From the NCBI GenBank assembly GCA_023379605.1, contig JAMCQF010000106.1, positions 1 to 46,436 of the forward strand: a DNA stretch of 46,436 nt. Reading direction: 5' to 3'. Numbering within the stretch: position 1 is the first letter of the stretch; the number at the start of each line of letters is the position of its first letter. The translations under genes were made by a program, and so were the position numbers. Of the stretch, positions 9,697 through 18,763 are shown piece by piece. The DNA comes from Actinomycetota bacterium (GTDB lineage: Bacteria > Actinomycetota > Acidimicrobiia > Acidimicrobiales > JAMCQF01). The notes under the pieces were generated by a model, which worked only from the letters and a program-made list of their open reading frames with translations, had not been told where the DNA came from and searched no databases.

Positions 9697-9902
9697 CGGC
9701 GCCGCTCCTCTCTTACGTCCTCTTTTTCAAAGGGCGTCGGCAGTATGCTCCCGTCCGAGAGCCGGCGCAGGAGATAACCTCCCTCCAAGACCTCTGCCAC
9801 CTCGAACCCCTTGGACCAAGAGCCGAGGAACCTGTCCCGGACGTCTACTCGGGTGCCAACCGGCAAGATGGCATAGGGTTGCTCAGTGCCCACTGCCGAC
9901 AT
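9675..9902 (-). CDS. Small conserved hypothetical protein, probable SH3/Tudor-like beta barrel
   Basis: LPVGTRVDVRDRFLGSWSKGFEVAEV..GYLLRRLSDGS..P pattern of short beta strands; ends RRRQGLWWY; start could be 9902 or 9914. Confidence 0.7.
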   Translation of the reverse strand: MSAVGTEQPYAILPVGTRVDVRDRFLGSWSKGFEVAEVLEGGYLLRRLSDGSILPTPFEKEDVREERRRQGLWWY

Positions 9903-9979
9903 GGTATTGCCCATGGCCACTCCTTAGCTGGTTGTGCCCCCAGGCGCCCACCGGCGTGCTTGTAAGGATAGGGCATATC

Positions 9980-10693
9980 TTGGTTGGCAGGGATCGCGCT
10001 GGCAGGGGGGGCAAAACTGCAGCCGCGCATTTTCTTGACGCAGAGAGGGATTGGTGGGATGGAACCACTGCTGGTCCTATAGCCGGTGTGGACGAGGTTG
10101 GGCGAGGAGCCTGGGCAGGTCCACTGAGCGTTGGGGTGGCAGTGGTCAGGCGCTCCTTAGAGGTGCAGGGGCCCGATAAGAAAGGCCTTTGCATGGGCGC
10201 CCCTGCGGGGCTAACGGACTCCAAGCTGCTTAGCGAGCTTGCCAGGGAGAATCTGTTCGCGCCTGTCGCAAGGTGGTGCAGGGCTTGGGCCGTTGGGCAC
10301 GCCTCGCCTGAGGAGTGTGACTACCTGGGCATGTCCAAGGCTCAGCGCTTGGCAGCTCGCAGGGGCGTGTCGATTGTAGAGAAAGAGCTGGGTGTGCCGG
10401 TACAGGGCTTCATTGTGGACGGGAATTGGGATTTCGTGGGAGATGGACGTGCACAGGTGAAGATGCTTGTGGGGGGTGATCGAACTTGTGGTCCGGTGGC
10501 CGCCGCTGCGTTGCTGGCCAAGGTCACTCGTGACCGGCTCATGATTGCCCAAGCGCCTCTGTACCCTTCCTTCGAGTTCGATCGCAACAAAGGCTATCCT
10601 TCACCTCACCACATTGAGGCGCTAAAGGAGCGGGGGCCCACACCGATACATAGGACCACCTGGTCCTATATGGACCGCCTGGGACTGCGCTAA
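9980..10693 (+). CDS. rnhB: Ribonuclease HII
   Basis: GVDEVGRGAWAGP, DSK, IVDG, AKVTRD, NKGYP..H, IHRTTW; start estimated at TTG 9980 behind AGGATAGGG. Confidence 0.93.
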   Translation: MVGRDRAGRGGKTAAAHFLDAERDWWDGTTAGPIAGVDEVGRGAWAGPLSVGVAVVRRSLEVQGPDKKGLCMGAPAGLTDSKLLSELARENLFAPVARWCRAWAVGHASPEECDYLGMSKAQRLAARRGVSIVEKELGVPVQGFIVDGNWDFVGDGRAQVKMLVGGDRTCGPVAAAALLAKVTRDRLMIAQAPLYPSFEFDRNKGYPSPHHIEALKERGPTPIHRTTWSYMDRLGLR

Positions 10694-10694
10694 G

Positions 10695-10782
10695 GCATGG
10701 CTAGGTCGGCGACCCGGATGACCCCGAGAGGTGCCAACCCTCCCAGACCGCATGGGAAGGTAGCCAGCATGGCTAGGTCGGC
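10695..10782. repeat. 16-bp direct repeat (gcatggctaggtcggc) x2, period 72 bp
   Basis: Copies at 10695-10710 and 10767-10782 in the convergent rnhB/ACAD gap. Confidence 0.8.
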
Positions 10783-10880
10783 CCGTTTAGAACTGCACTT
10801 CAGGCGCCCAGGCACAACTCCAGCCCTGTGGCAACGGCGAAACAGCCCCACTTGGCCGCACAGCGCCGCTAAGGTCTGGC

Positions 10881-12128
10881 TCAGCTGAACCTGGCCGAGG
10901 GCTCCTTGGGCAACCCCAGGACTCTCTCGCCTACGATGTTCTTGAGGATCTCATCAGTGCCACCAGCTATCCGCATGGCTGGTACACCTAGGACGTACTG
11001 AGACCACGCGTAGGTGCCCCACTCCCCGCTGTCAGCCACGAGCTTCGGTCCAAGCACTGAGCTGATGAAATCACACGTTCTTCGCATGTTCTGGGTTAGG
11101 GTCAGCTTGGCTATGGACATCTCCGGGCCGGGAAGCTGACCAGCTTTTAGCTTGGCCATCGCCCGCATATTGGTGTACCCCGCGACTTTGGAGCTTATGT
11201 AGATCTCTGCAATCTGCTGGCGGACCAGAGGATCGTTGGCGCGGCCAAGATGGCGCATCATCTCCATGAGACGGCCGGTGCTCAAAGAGCCAACCCCTCC
11301 GCCTCCAGCGCCTATGGCCGCTCGCTCGTTCATGAGGGTGGTGAGCGCTACGGTCCACCCTCCATTCACCTCTCCCAAGCGGTGATCGTCTGGTATCCGG
11401 ACGTCTGTGAAAAACACCTCGTTGAAAGACGCCCCTCCTGTCATTTGCCTGAGAGGACGTACTTCGACACCAGGAGCATGCATGTCCACCACAAAGCCAG
11501 TCAGCCCCCTGTGCTTTTCCAGGTCTGGGTCGGTTCGGCAGATGATCTCACCTATGTCGGAAATCTGAGCTCCAGAGGTCCACACTTTCTGGCCGTTTAT
11601 CACCCACTCGTCTGCGTCCCTCACTGCTTTGGTCTGCAGACCTGCAAGGTCCGATCCAGCAGCGGGCTCACTGAAGAGCTGGCACGCCACTATGTCACCG
11701 CGGTAGAGGGACTTTAGGTACCGCCTTTTTACGAGCTCGGTACCATGGGCCAAGATGGTGGGAGCCACCATGCCCAAGCCGATGCCGAAGACCGCCTGCG
11801 AGGGGATCTCAAAGCGGGACTCGAGCGCGTCATAGATTCTCTTGTAGCTGCTGGGAAGGTTGCGCCCGCCGTACTCCTTGGGGCCTGTGATCCACCCGAA
11901 GCCACCGTCGAACCTGCAACGGGACCACTCCTGGGCTGACTTGAGATCTGCCATTTCCTCTTGAGCGGTGCGCTCTGCGAACAGCACTGCAGAGTCAGAG
12001 CCCTCTCCCCATGCCTTGGAGACCTCCACCCTGGGCTTGGCGTTGGACTCGAGGAACTGGAGGGCCTCTGCCTCGAAGCTCTCCTCGCTAATGATGTCTG
12101 CCATCACCCGATCGTAGCTGGATGCCAC
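10881..12128 (-). CDS. Acyl-CoA dehydrogenase family protein
   Basis: CQLFSEPAAGSDLAGL, INGQKVWTS, FNEVFF, TLMNER, IAGGTDEILKNIVGERVLGLPKEP. Confidence 0.95.
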   Translation of the reverse strand: MASSYDRVMADIISEESFEAEALQFLESNAKPRVEVSKAWGEGSDSAVLFAERTAQEEMADLKSAQEWSRCRFDGGFGWITGPKEYGGRNLPSSYKRIYDALESRFEIPSQAVFGIGLGMVAPTILAHGTELVKRRYLKSLYRGDIVACQLFSEPAAGSDLAGLQTKAVRDADEWVINGQKVWTSGAQISDIGEIICRTDPDLEKHRGLTGFVVDMHAPGVEVRPLRQMTGGASFNEVFFTDVRIPDDHRLGEVNGGWTVALTTLMNERAAIGAGGGGVGSLSTGRLMEMMRHLGRANDPLVRQQIAEIYISSKVAGYTNMRAMAKLKAGQLPGPEMSIAKLTLTQNMRRTCDFISSVLGPKLVADSGEWGTYAWSQYVLGVPAMRIAGGTDEILKNIVGERVLGLPKEPSARFS

Positions 12129-12208
12129 CTCTTCTGGCTAGCTGCTACACATCTGATGACGGATGCAGCCAAGCGTGCCATCAAAGCTCGCGGCGGTGTA
12201 GAACATAG

Positions 12209-13114
12209 GTGATGGCAATCCTGTTTGCCCTAGCTGCCTCGATCACCAACGCCTTCGCTACAATCCTGCAGCGTCTAGGCGTACAGCACGCACCCGACGA
12301 CACCTCATTTAGCTGGCAGCTCGTGATGCACGCGCTGCGCCAACCCGTTTGGCTGGCGGGCACAGCGACGATGACAGGCGGTTATGTCCTGCAGTTCCTG
12401 GCGCTCTCCTATGCCGGTCTCAGCGTGGTGGAGCCAGTGCTCACCCTTGAGCTCGTTTTCCTTGTAGCTATTCTCGGAATCTGGTTTAACCAGACGCTCG
12501 GATGGCAGGACTGGGTCGGGGCCATGGCGATCACAGTCGGTCTAGGGGGGTTCCTCTATGCAGCCTCTCCCAGTGGCGGGAACAGCATTCCTGCATCTCT
12601 CAGCTGGATCGAAGCTTTCGTGGTAGTTCTCGCAGCCGCTAGCGTCACTGCACTCCTGGCGGCCCGGGGAGGTCCGTGGTGGCGTGCGAGCCTGCTTGGG
12701 GTGTCGTCGGCGCTTTTCTTCTCGTTGGCAGCTGCGTCAACCAAGGTGGCAACGGCATATTTGAAAAGTGGCGGCTGGCTCTCCCTGCTCACGCACTGGC
12801 AGACCTACGGGATAGTGATAGCGGGCGGGGCAGGCCTGTTCGTCCTTCAGCATGCCTACCGTGCAGGACCTATTACGGCTTCTCAATCAGCTCTTATGAT
12901 TGTAGATCCGCTGGCCAGCATCTTGATAGGGGTTAGCCTCTTTGACGAGCGGGTGCGTTCTTCTGGGGCTCGTGGTCCCCTGGAGGCATTGGCCCTGCTC
13001 GGCATGTTCAGCGGGGTGATCCTGCTTAGCAAGTCGCCTGTTGTAGTGGAAGCCAAGGCAGCAGCAGAGGGCATAAGCCTCGATTCTCCACCGGCAAGAA
13101 AGGCAGCCCATTAG
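12209..13114 (+). CDS. DMT family transporter
   Basis: About 9-10 hydrophobic helices; LQFLAL...LSVVEP, LQHAYRAG, IVDPLASILIGVSLFDE patterns of actinobacterial DMT proteins. Confidence 0.85.
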   Translation: MMAILFALAASITNAFATILQRLGVQHAPDDTSFSWQLVMHALRQPVWLAGTATMTGGYVLQFLALSYAGLSVVEPVLTLELVFLVAILGIWFNQTLGWQDWVGAMAITVGLGGFLYAASPSGGNSIPASLSWIEAFVVVLAAASVTALLAARGGPWWRASLLGVSSALFFSLAAASTKVATAYLKSGGWLSLLTHWQTYGIVIAGGAGLFVLQHAYRAGPITASQSALMIVDPLASILIGVSLFDERVRSSGARGPLEALALLGMFSGVILLSKSPVVVEAKAAAEGISLDSPPARKAAH

Positions 13115-13199
13115 CCACCCATTTTCGGTCTCAATTGAGCTGTGTGTTGGGCCTCGGTGGTTTCCATCTGGGGCTGGGCTCACAGCCCTGGAGCGAGCC

Positions 13200-14267
13200 A
13201 TGGAGGTGGCCAGCGCAGCAGAGCAGGCCGGCTTTGAAACGCTGTGGGTGAGAGAGCCCCCTTTGGGAGATCCTCCCTTGGCGGCACCCCCTTTGGGAGA
13301 GACCAACGACAGAGAGGACTCCCTTGAGCCTTTCACCTTGCTTGGTGCTTTGGCTGTGAGGACTACCCGGATTGCCCTTGGGGTCGTTGCTCCTGTGGAG
13401 CAGGTGGGCAGCCCTGCCCTGCTTGCCAAGATGGCAACCACTGTAGATGTGCTCTCCTCGGGCAGGTCTCGTGTGTGCCTCGCCTTTTCTCCAGCATCAG
13501 CTCCAGCGCGACAGCGGCCAAAGCGTGCTGTCATCGAGCGCTCCAAAGGCAGGGGTGAAGCTGTTTGGGGCCAAAACGGCCCAAGGTCGGTCATGCAGCA
13601 CAGAAGCGTGGGCAGAAAAAGCGTGGGCAGAAAAAGCGTGGGCAGAAAAAGCGTGGGCACAAAAAGCTTGGGCACAAAAAGCTTGGAACGGCTTGAGGAA
13701 ACCCTCCTTGTGTGCAAAGCCGTGCTGGAAGGAGGCGCTCCCAGCTTCGAGGGCCAGTACTTCAAACTCCGCGGTGCCGCCAACCTGCCAGGCCCGGTGC
13801 AACCCGGTGGGATCCCATTGCAGATACTTCTCAAGTTGGCCCGCCCAGGCCCTTTGGCTGGATCAGTTCCCCTAACAGCCATTGACCCAGCCATAGAGCA
13901 GGCCCTGTTCCTTGCAGCTAGGTATGCAAGCAGCTGCGTGCTTGAAGGAGACGAGCTCGCGTTGGGGATGTCGCTTGCCAGCCTGGACAAGGCGTGCTCA
14001 CTTCTTGGCAGGGACCCGTCTTCGTTGCGCAGGCTTGCCGTGGTGGAGCCCGGCCATCTCCGTACCAACCTCGACGCAGCCTCTCAGCGCAGTACTAGCC
14101 ATACTGGCTCCAATAGAGCCCCTTGCGGGCTCACGATGAGCAGTTCGCTTCTCAAAGGCATAGATGGCTTGGTCCTCATGGCACCTAAGACCTACGAGCT
14201 GAGCTGGCTGGTGGCTGCCGGGGAAATCCTTAGCGGCGCTCTCAGGGCTAGTAGGCACTGCCGCTAA
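13200..14267 (+). CDS. Divergent LLM-class flavin/F420-dependent oxidoreductase (true start may be ATT at 13110)
   Basis: AAEQAGFETLWV, EPFTLLGALAVRTTRIALG, LLAKMATTVDVLSSGR, RLEE, FEGQYF, PGPVQ; interrupted by repeat insertions and has a degenerate C-terminal half. Confidence 0.7.
   Translation: MEVASAAEQAGFETLWVREPPLGDPPLAAPPLGETNDREDSLEPFTLLGALAVRTTRIALGVVAPVEQVGSPALLAKMATTVDVLSSGRSRVCLAFSPASAPARQRPKRAVIERSKGRGEAVWGQNGPRSVMQHRSVGRKSVGRKSVGRKSVGTKSLGTKSLERLEETLLVCKAVLEGGAPSFEGQYFKLRGAANLPGPVQPGGIPLQILLKLARPGPLAGSVPLTAIDPAIEQALFLAARYASSCVLEGDELALGMSLASLDKACSLLGRDPSSLRRLAVVEPGHLRTNLDAASQRSTSHTGSNRAPCGLTMSSSLLKGIDGLVLMAPKTYELSWLVAAGEILSGALRASRHCR
13604..13686 (+). repeat. 15-bp in-frame tandem repeat (aagcgtgggcagaaa) about 5.5 copies
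   Basis: Three identical units, then units drifting to aagcttgggcacaaa; encodes KSVGR/KSLGT. Confidence 0.95.
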
Positions 14268-14276
14268 TCTGTCCTG

Positions 14277-15185
14277 GTGCTTTTGGGTGCCCATGTTCGT
14301 AGCGGTCCCCAGCTGAGCTCTGCCATAGCTCATGGAGAGGAGATCGGTGCTCAGGTAGTCCAGATCTTCACGCAGAGCCCACGTGCCTGGAAACCCAGCC
14401 AGTACGCACCAGATGCCCTCCAGCACTACAGAGAGGCTCAGCATGCAAGCGCTTATATACAGGCAACGTTTTGCCATGCCACCTACCTCGTGAACCTCGC
14501 AGGAGACGATCCTGAGCTTCACGCCCGCTCTATCGCGTGTCTGAAAGATAACCTCGCAGTGGCCGCAGGCATTGGCTCAGCTGGTGTGGTCCTGCACCTT
14601 GGTAGCCACAAAGGGGCCGGCTTGAAGGCCAGATTGGACCAGATCGCTCTGGCATTGATAGAGGTGCTCGATAAGGTTTCTGGATGCCGGATCCTCATAG
14701 AGAACGCTGCAGGAGCAGGGGGCACCGTTGGCAGGAGCTTCGATGAGCTCGAAGCTGTGCTAGAGCGGGTGCAGGCTTTGGGCGGCCAAGAGGACAGGAT
14801 AGGCATCTGTCTGGACAGCCAGCACCTTTGGGCGTCTGGGGTGAACTTCGCCACTCCCAGGGGAATGGCAGATCTGATGGAGGAGATTGCCAACCGCGTG
14901 GGCATAAGTCGGCTGGGCTGCCTCCACCTCAATGACTCCAAGGTCGCGCTAGGGGCAAACCGCGATCGTCATGCCAATATCGGCGAGGGCACCATCGGTG
15001 AGCACGGATTGGCTATGCTGCTGGGTCATCCTCTGCTGAGGGATGTTCCAGCGGTGCTGGAGGTCCCTGGAGCTGGCAAAGGGCCTCGGGCGGAGGATCT
15101 AGCTGCGGCCCACAGTGCGCTTGTAGCCGGTCTGGACTTCTGGGCGCAGAGCTCCTTTGGAGGTGGCGCCTTACAGCTGCCCTGA
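14277..15185 (+). CDS. nfo: Endonuclease IV (AP endonuclease family 2)
   Basis: LGAHV, QIFTQSPR, HATYLVNL, HLGS, ENAAG, CLDSQH, HLNDSK, DRHANIG. Confidence 0.95.
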   Translation: MLLGAHVRSGPQLSSAIAHGEEIGAQVVQIFTQSPRAWKPSQYAPDALQHYREAQHASAYIQATFCHATYLVNLAGDDPELHARSIACLKDNLAVAAGIGSAGVVLHLGSHKGAGLKARLDQIALALIEVLDKVSGCRILIENAAGAGGTVGRSFDELEAVLERVQALGGQEDRIGICLDSQHLWASGVNFATPRGMADLMEEIANRVGISRLGCLHLNDSKVALGANRDRHANIGEGTIGEHGLAMLLGHPLLRDVPAVLEVPGAGKGPRAEDLAAAHSALVAGLDFWAQSSFGGGALQLP

Positions 15186-16679
15186 TCCAGAGTCGCTTGG
15201 GGCCTCGCTGGAGATAGTGCGCATGGGTCGTCTTCGCGGCTGAGCAGCTCGTGCTCGCGCTGCCGCCTTGGCTTGTAGCTTAGGTATGGCAATTAGCACG
15301 TAAGCAGTTGCGATGCAGCCGATCACAGCAACCACAGCAGCGGGGAGCACCGAGAGCCTGCTTGGGTTCGCCGGGTTGGAAAAGGCGCTGGCGAGCCCTA
15401 GAACCGCAAATATAACCATCCCTGCTACACACAAGACAGGAGCCATCGGGAGATAAAACGATCTTTTCCTTGTGTCCCGGCGTCTGAGAGCGAGCACGCA
15501 CCAGGCGGCACATGCATAGATGAGCGCTTCCAAGGTAGCGCCCACAGCGACCAAAAGTAGCCACTGACGGGTCAAAAACACTGCTGCGGCCACCAGAGCA
15601 GATGTAGCTCCTAGGACTAAGACAGGAAACCATGGAACCGCTTTTAGGTTGAGCGAGCAGAACACTCTTGGCAGGTTTCCGTCGCGTGCAGCCGCATAAA
15701 GGAACCGCGAGGCGGTGAGAAAGCCGCCATTGAAAGTGTTGATCGCAGTCAGGACAGTGGTGGCGAGCATCCACAGCTCCCCGATCTCTCCCAGAGCTGC
15801 CCGGCCGAGGAGAAGCTGTGGGTACGGGCTGTGATGAGAGCTTGCAAAAGGAACTGCGTGCGTTAGAGCCAGAGCAAAGACGGCAGTGACCACAAAGAGG
15901 ATGCCCGGGGCTATGAACAGGGCTTTGGAAGTGGTGGCAGGGGATCGCACCTCTTCTGCGGTGGTGGTCACCCACTCGAAAGCCGCGTAGAGGAACACCC
16001 CGTAAGCTACAGCCTCTATTGCATTGTGAGGACCAGCATGCAGTAGGGCAAGAGGCCGGCGAAGCGGGCCGGGCACATTGAAGATCGCGACCAAAGACAG
16101 GGCCGTGGTCGAGGCAAGCACTGTATAGGTTACGATATTCTGTACCGCTCCTGTGAGCTTGACGCCGAGCAGGTTCGCGGTTATAGCCATGCCTACAAGT
16201 ACCACGATCCATACATATGCCAAGACTGTCGGCTCATGAAGCACATGCTGGATGGCTGCGCCTATGAGGAACGCATCGGCAGCTATCACAGCCACGATCG
16301 TTGTCATGTACGCGAAGGTGACAGACAGTGCAGTGCGGTTGCCCATGGCGCGGCTCATGTAAAGCCTGATCCCAGCAGCACTTGGGTAGAGCCCGTTGAG
16401 CTCGGAGAAGATGCCAGCAACCAGGAGAGCCAAAACCCCTGCGACAAGGATCGCGAGCCAGGCAGAGGTTCCGGCCGCATAGGTGGCCACCGATACCACG
16501 GCCAGGTAATCCATCGCTGCAAATGCGAGCCCGGAAGAGGTGGCGGTTGCAGACCACAGCCCTAGAGCGCGGCGAAGCTTCGGGCCTGCAGATCCAAAAG
16601 AGCCAGCCTGTCCCGCCAGCTGCGAAGCAGCCAGGGCGCCATGAGAGCCATCATTGCCGGCCTGCTCGTAAGGGATCAT
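15171..16679 (-). CDS. APC family amino acid/polyamine permease
   Basis: About 12 TM segments; LRRALG, FSEL..YPSAAG, YAAFEW...AEEVRSP, SRFLYAAARDGNLP. Confidence 0.92.
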   Translation of the reverse strand: MIPYEQAGNDGSHGALAASQLAGQAGSFGSAGPKLRRALGLWSATATSSGLAFAAMDYLAVVSVATYAAGTSAWLAILVAGVLALLVAGIFSELNGLYPSAAGIRLYMSRAMGNRTALSVTFAYMTTIVAVIAADAFLIGAAIQHVLHEPTVLAYVWIVVLVGMAITANLLGVKLTGAVQNIVTYTVLASTTALSLVAIFNVPGPLRRPLALLHAGPHNAIEAVAYGVFLYAAFEWVTTTAEEVRSPATTSKALFIAPGILFVVTAVFALALTHAVPFASSHHSPYPQLLLGRAALGEIGELWMLATTVLTAINTFNGGFLTASRFLYAAARDGNLPRVFCSLNLKAVPWFPVLVLGATSALVAAAVFLTRQWLLLVAVGATLEALIYACAAWCVLALRRRDTRKRSFYLPMAPVLCVAGMVIFAVLGLASAFSNPANPSRLSVLPAAVVAVIGCIATAYVLIAIPKLQAKAAARARAAQPRRRPMRTISSEAPSDSGSGQL

Positions 16680-16731
16680 GCTCCCGACTCTGCAAATAGC
16701 AGCCGGTTCTGCAGGAGAGACGCCTGTCCTA

Positions 16732-17091
16732 TCACGATTCTGGCCAGATGATAGAGCTTATCGCATCCAGCCTCATGACGTCCTCCTGGCTTCCTTGGAC
16801 CTTTATCTCGCCTCGGAGGTACTTCTGAACCGGGTTCAAATCTCCCCAGAACATGTCGCAAAAGGTCTCCGAGGAGGTAGTCACGATGATGTCAGGCTCT
16901 CCCAGATGCCCAGGGAGAACCTGAGTGATCTCACCATGGTCGACCACCATAGTAAAGGTTATCTCGCTGTCATCGCATGCAAAGTGCAGCCTGCGGCTCC
17001 AAGCCCGTTGCATCTTGCGCAAGCGCTCATTGGTGTTGCACTGTACGGTGTAGTCCTGAAGAGCCTCTTGCAGCTCCTCCCAGCTTGCCAT
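16732..17091 (-). CDS. SCP2 sterol/lipid-binding domain protein
   Basis: PDIIVTTSSETFCDMFWGDLNPVQKYLRGEIKVQG SCP2 signature; GGAGG RBS upstream. Confidence 0.85.
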   Translation of the reverse strand: MASWEELQEALQDYTVQCNTNERLRKMQRAWSRRLHFACDDSEITFTMVVDHGEITQVLPGHLGEPDIIVTTSSETFCDMFWGDLNPVQKYLRGEIKVQGSQEDVMRLDAISSIIWPES

Positions 17092-17174
17092 TGAAGATCT
17101 TCCTCCCTGTTATCTCCGCATTGATCTCTCTTGCGAGCGATCTGCTACAAGCAGCACAACGCTGAACCCTTGGT

Positions 17175-18536
17175 TCAGGTAGTCCCCCCTGCAATCTGGG
17201 CTTGCCTGGCAGGACGTCTCCTTGGTCGCTTGCGGACCGGCTCATCATCTCCGACGCCGTTTAGGAGATCCTCGACCGCGTTGTAGAGAGCTTCCAGAAG
17301 AAAGTCTATCTCTGCCTCGCCTATGACGAGCGGAGGCATCAAGCGCATGACCGAGGGGGCATTTCCCGTGTAGATCGCAAGCACACCATGCCGGCCAAGA
17401 TGGTAGGACATGCGTGGACCCATAGAGTCGTCACGATATTCGATGCCTACCATGAGGCCAAGCCCTCTGACCTCAGCGAACACCTCAGGGCGGCTGTCGG
17501 CTAGCACCTCGAGACCGCCCCTCAAGCGCTCGCCTAGATGCATGGAGCGCTTTACAAGGTCCTCGTCCTCGATGACAGACAATGTTTCTAGTGCTATGGC
17601 GCAAGCCAGGTCGGATCCGCCGAATGTGGAGAGGTGGATGAAGGGATTGGGGATGAGGAACTCTCGGAGCTGATCTGTGTAGATAGCAGCAGAGATAGCA
17701 ACGAGCGATCCTCCCAGGGACTTGGCCACAGTCATGATGTCGGGGACGACCCCCCAGTGCTCGCAGGCAAACCACCGGCCAGTGCGCCCGAAACCTGTCT
17801 GGATCTCATCAATAATAAGAAGCGCACCGCTTTCATCGCAAGCCTGGCGCAGCCCTGCCAGGTAGCCGTCGGGAGGGACGACCACCCCACCCTCACCTTG
17901 AATCGGCTCGATGAGCACAGCGGCAGTCCCTGGGTCAATCTCTGCGCGAGCTGCATCCAGGTCACCGTAGGGGACCCGGGCGAACTCGCTCATCAGCGGG
18001 CCGAATGGGGCCTTGTACACGTCACGTCCCGCAGCAGAGAGGGCAAATCCAGTGTGTCCGTGATAGCCGTTTAGCGTGGAGATGATCTTGGATCGTCCAG
18101 TGACACCTCGTGCCAGCTTGATGGCGAAGTCAATGACTTCCCCTCCTCCAGTTCCAAATGTTGTGCAGCACAATCCACCCGGAGCTAGGTCGGCAAGCTT
18201 GTGAGCGAGAGCGGCCTTGTACTGTGAGCAGAGGAGGAAGTTGCCGTGATCAAGGTGCTCCACTGCCTCATGCATGGCTGCAACGATGCGCGGATGGCGC
18301 CTTCCTATGTTGAATGACCCAGCCGAGGTGAAGCAGTCAAGGAACTTACGGCCATCTACGTCCCAGACCCATGCGCCAGATCTATCTCCTTCCACGATAT
18401 CCAATCCTGCGGCTTTTAACACCCTGACCTGTTGGGGGTTCATGTACTGCGCAAAGTCCAAAAGAGCATGGGAATGAGCACAGTCGGGGTTGAGACTGCC
18501 TTTGGTTCCTGGACGCATGTTGCCCGTGCTTGTCAT
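17175..18536 (-). CDS. Class III PLP-dependent aminotransferase (putrescine/acetylornithine aminotransferase-like)
   Basis: [52 protein letters not shown]. Confidence 0.93.
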   Translation of the reverse strand: MTSTGNMRPGTKGSLNPDCAHSHALLDFAQYMNPQQVRVLKAAGLDIVEGDRSGAWVWDVDGRKFLDCFTSAGSFNIGRRHPRIVAAMHEAVEHLDHGNFLLCSQYKAALAHKLADLAPGGLCCTTFGTGGGEVIDFAIKLARGVTGRSKIISTLNGYHGHTGFALSAAGRDVYKAPFGPLMSEFARVPYGDLDAARAEIDPGTAAVLIEPIQGEGGVVVPPDGYLAGLRQACDESGALLIIDEIQTGFGRTGRWFACEHWGVVPDIMTVAKSLGGSLVAISAAIYTDQLREFLIPNPFIHLSTFGGSDLACAIALETLSVIEDEDLVKRSMHLGERLRGGLEVLADSRPEVFAEVRGLGLMVGIEYRDDSMGPRMSYHLGRHGVLAIYTGNAPSVMRLMPPLVIGEAEIDFLLEALYNAVEDLLNGVGDDEPVRKRPRRRPARQAQIAGGTT

Positions 18537-18763
18537 CTGCCCTCCGTGCTTCTCGCATCGATGTCATCTGAGGTGATGGTGGTGTCGATAGTAATGCCGA
18601 TCTCATAAAGCGGGCCATAGGCCCGCTTTATGCTCCTGTGGGAGCAATGCTTGGTTGATAGCGCGTCTGGCAGCCCAGACGGTGCCAGCCCGACTCGTCT
18701 TGGGTGCTGGTGGGGCAATCCTTGGCTGATAGAGCGCTCCAGTTCTGGGCAGGCCATGGTCAT
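18533..18763 (-). CDS. Possible 76-aa linker ORF, translationally coupled at both ends
   Basis: ATGA overlap with the upstream stop (18760-18763) and with the aminotransferase start (18533-18536); no recognisable motif. Confidence 0.25.
   Translation of the reverse strand: MTMACPELERSISQGLPHQHPRRVGLAPSGLPDALSTKHCSHRSIKRAYGPLYEIGITIDTTITSDDIDARSTEGR

Noticed and set aside
9641-9979. Long N-terminal extension of RNase HII in the ORF track
   Set aside because: Overlaps the GYD gene and the small minus-strand gene; RNase HII similarity starts later
13604-13686. CRISPR or regulatory array
   Set aside because: Contiguous 15-bp units without spacers, in frame within a CDS
12887-14068. 393-aa minus-strand ORF
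   Set aside because: Antisense to the LLM and DMT genes, no motifs; PTLFL repeats mirror the tandem repeat
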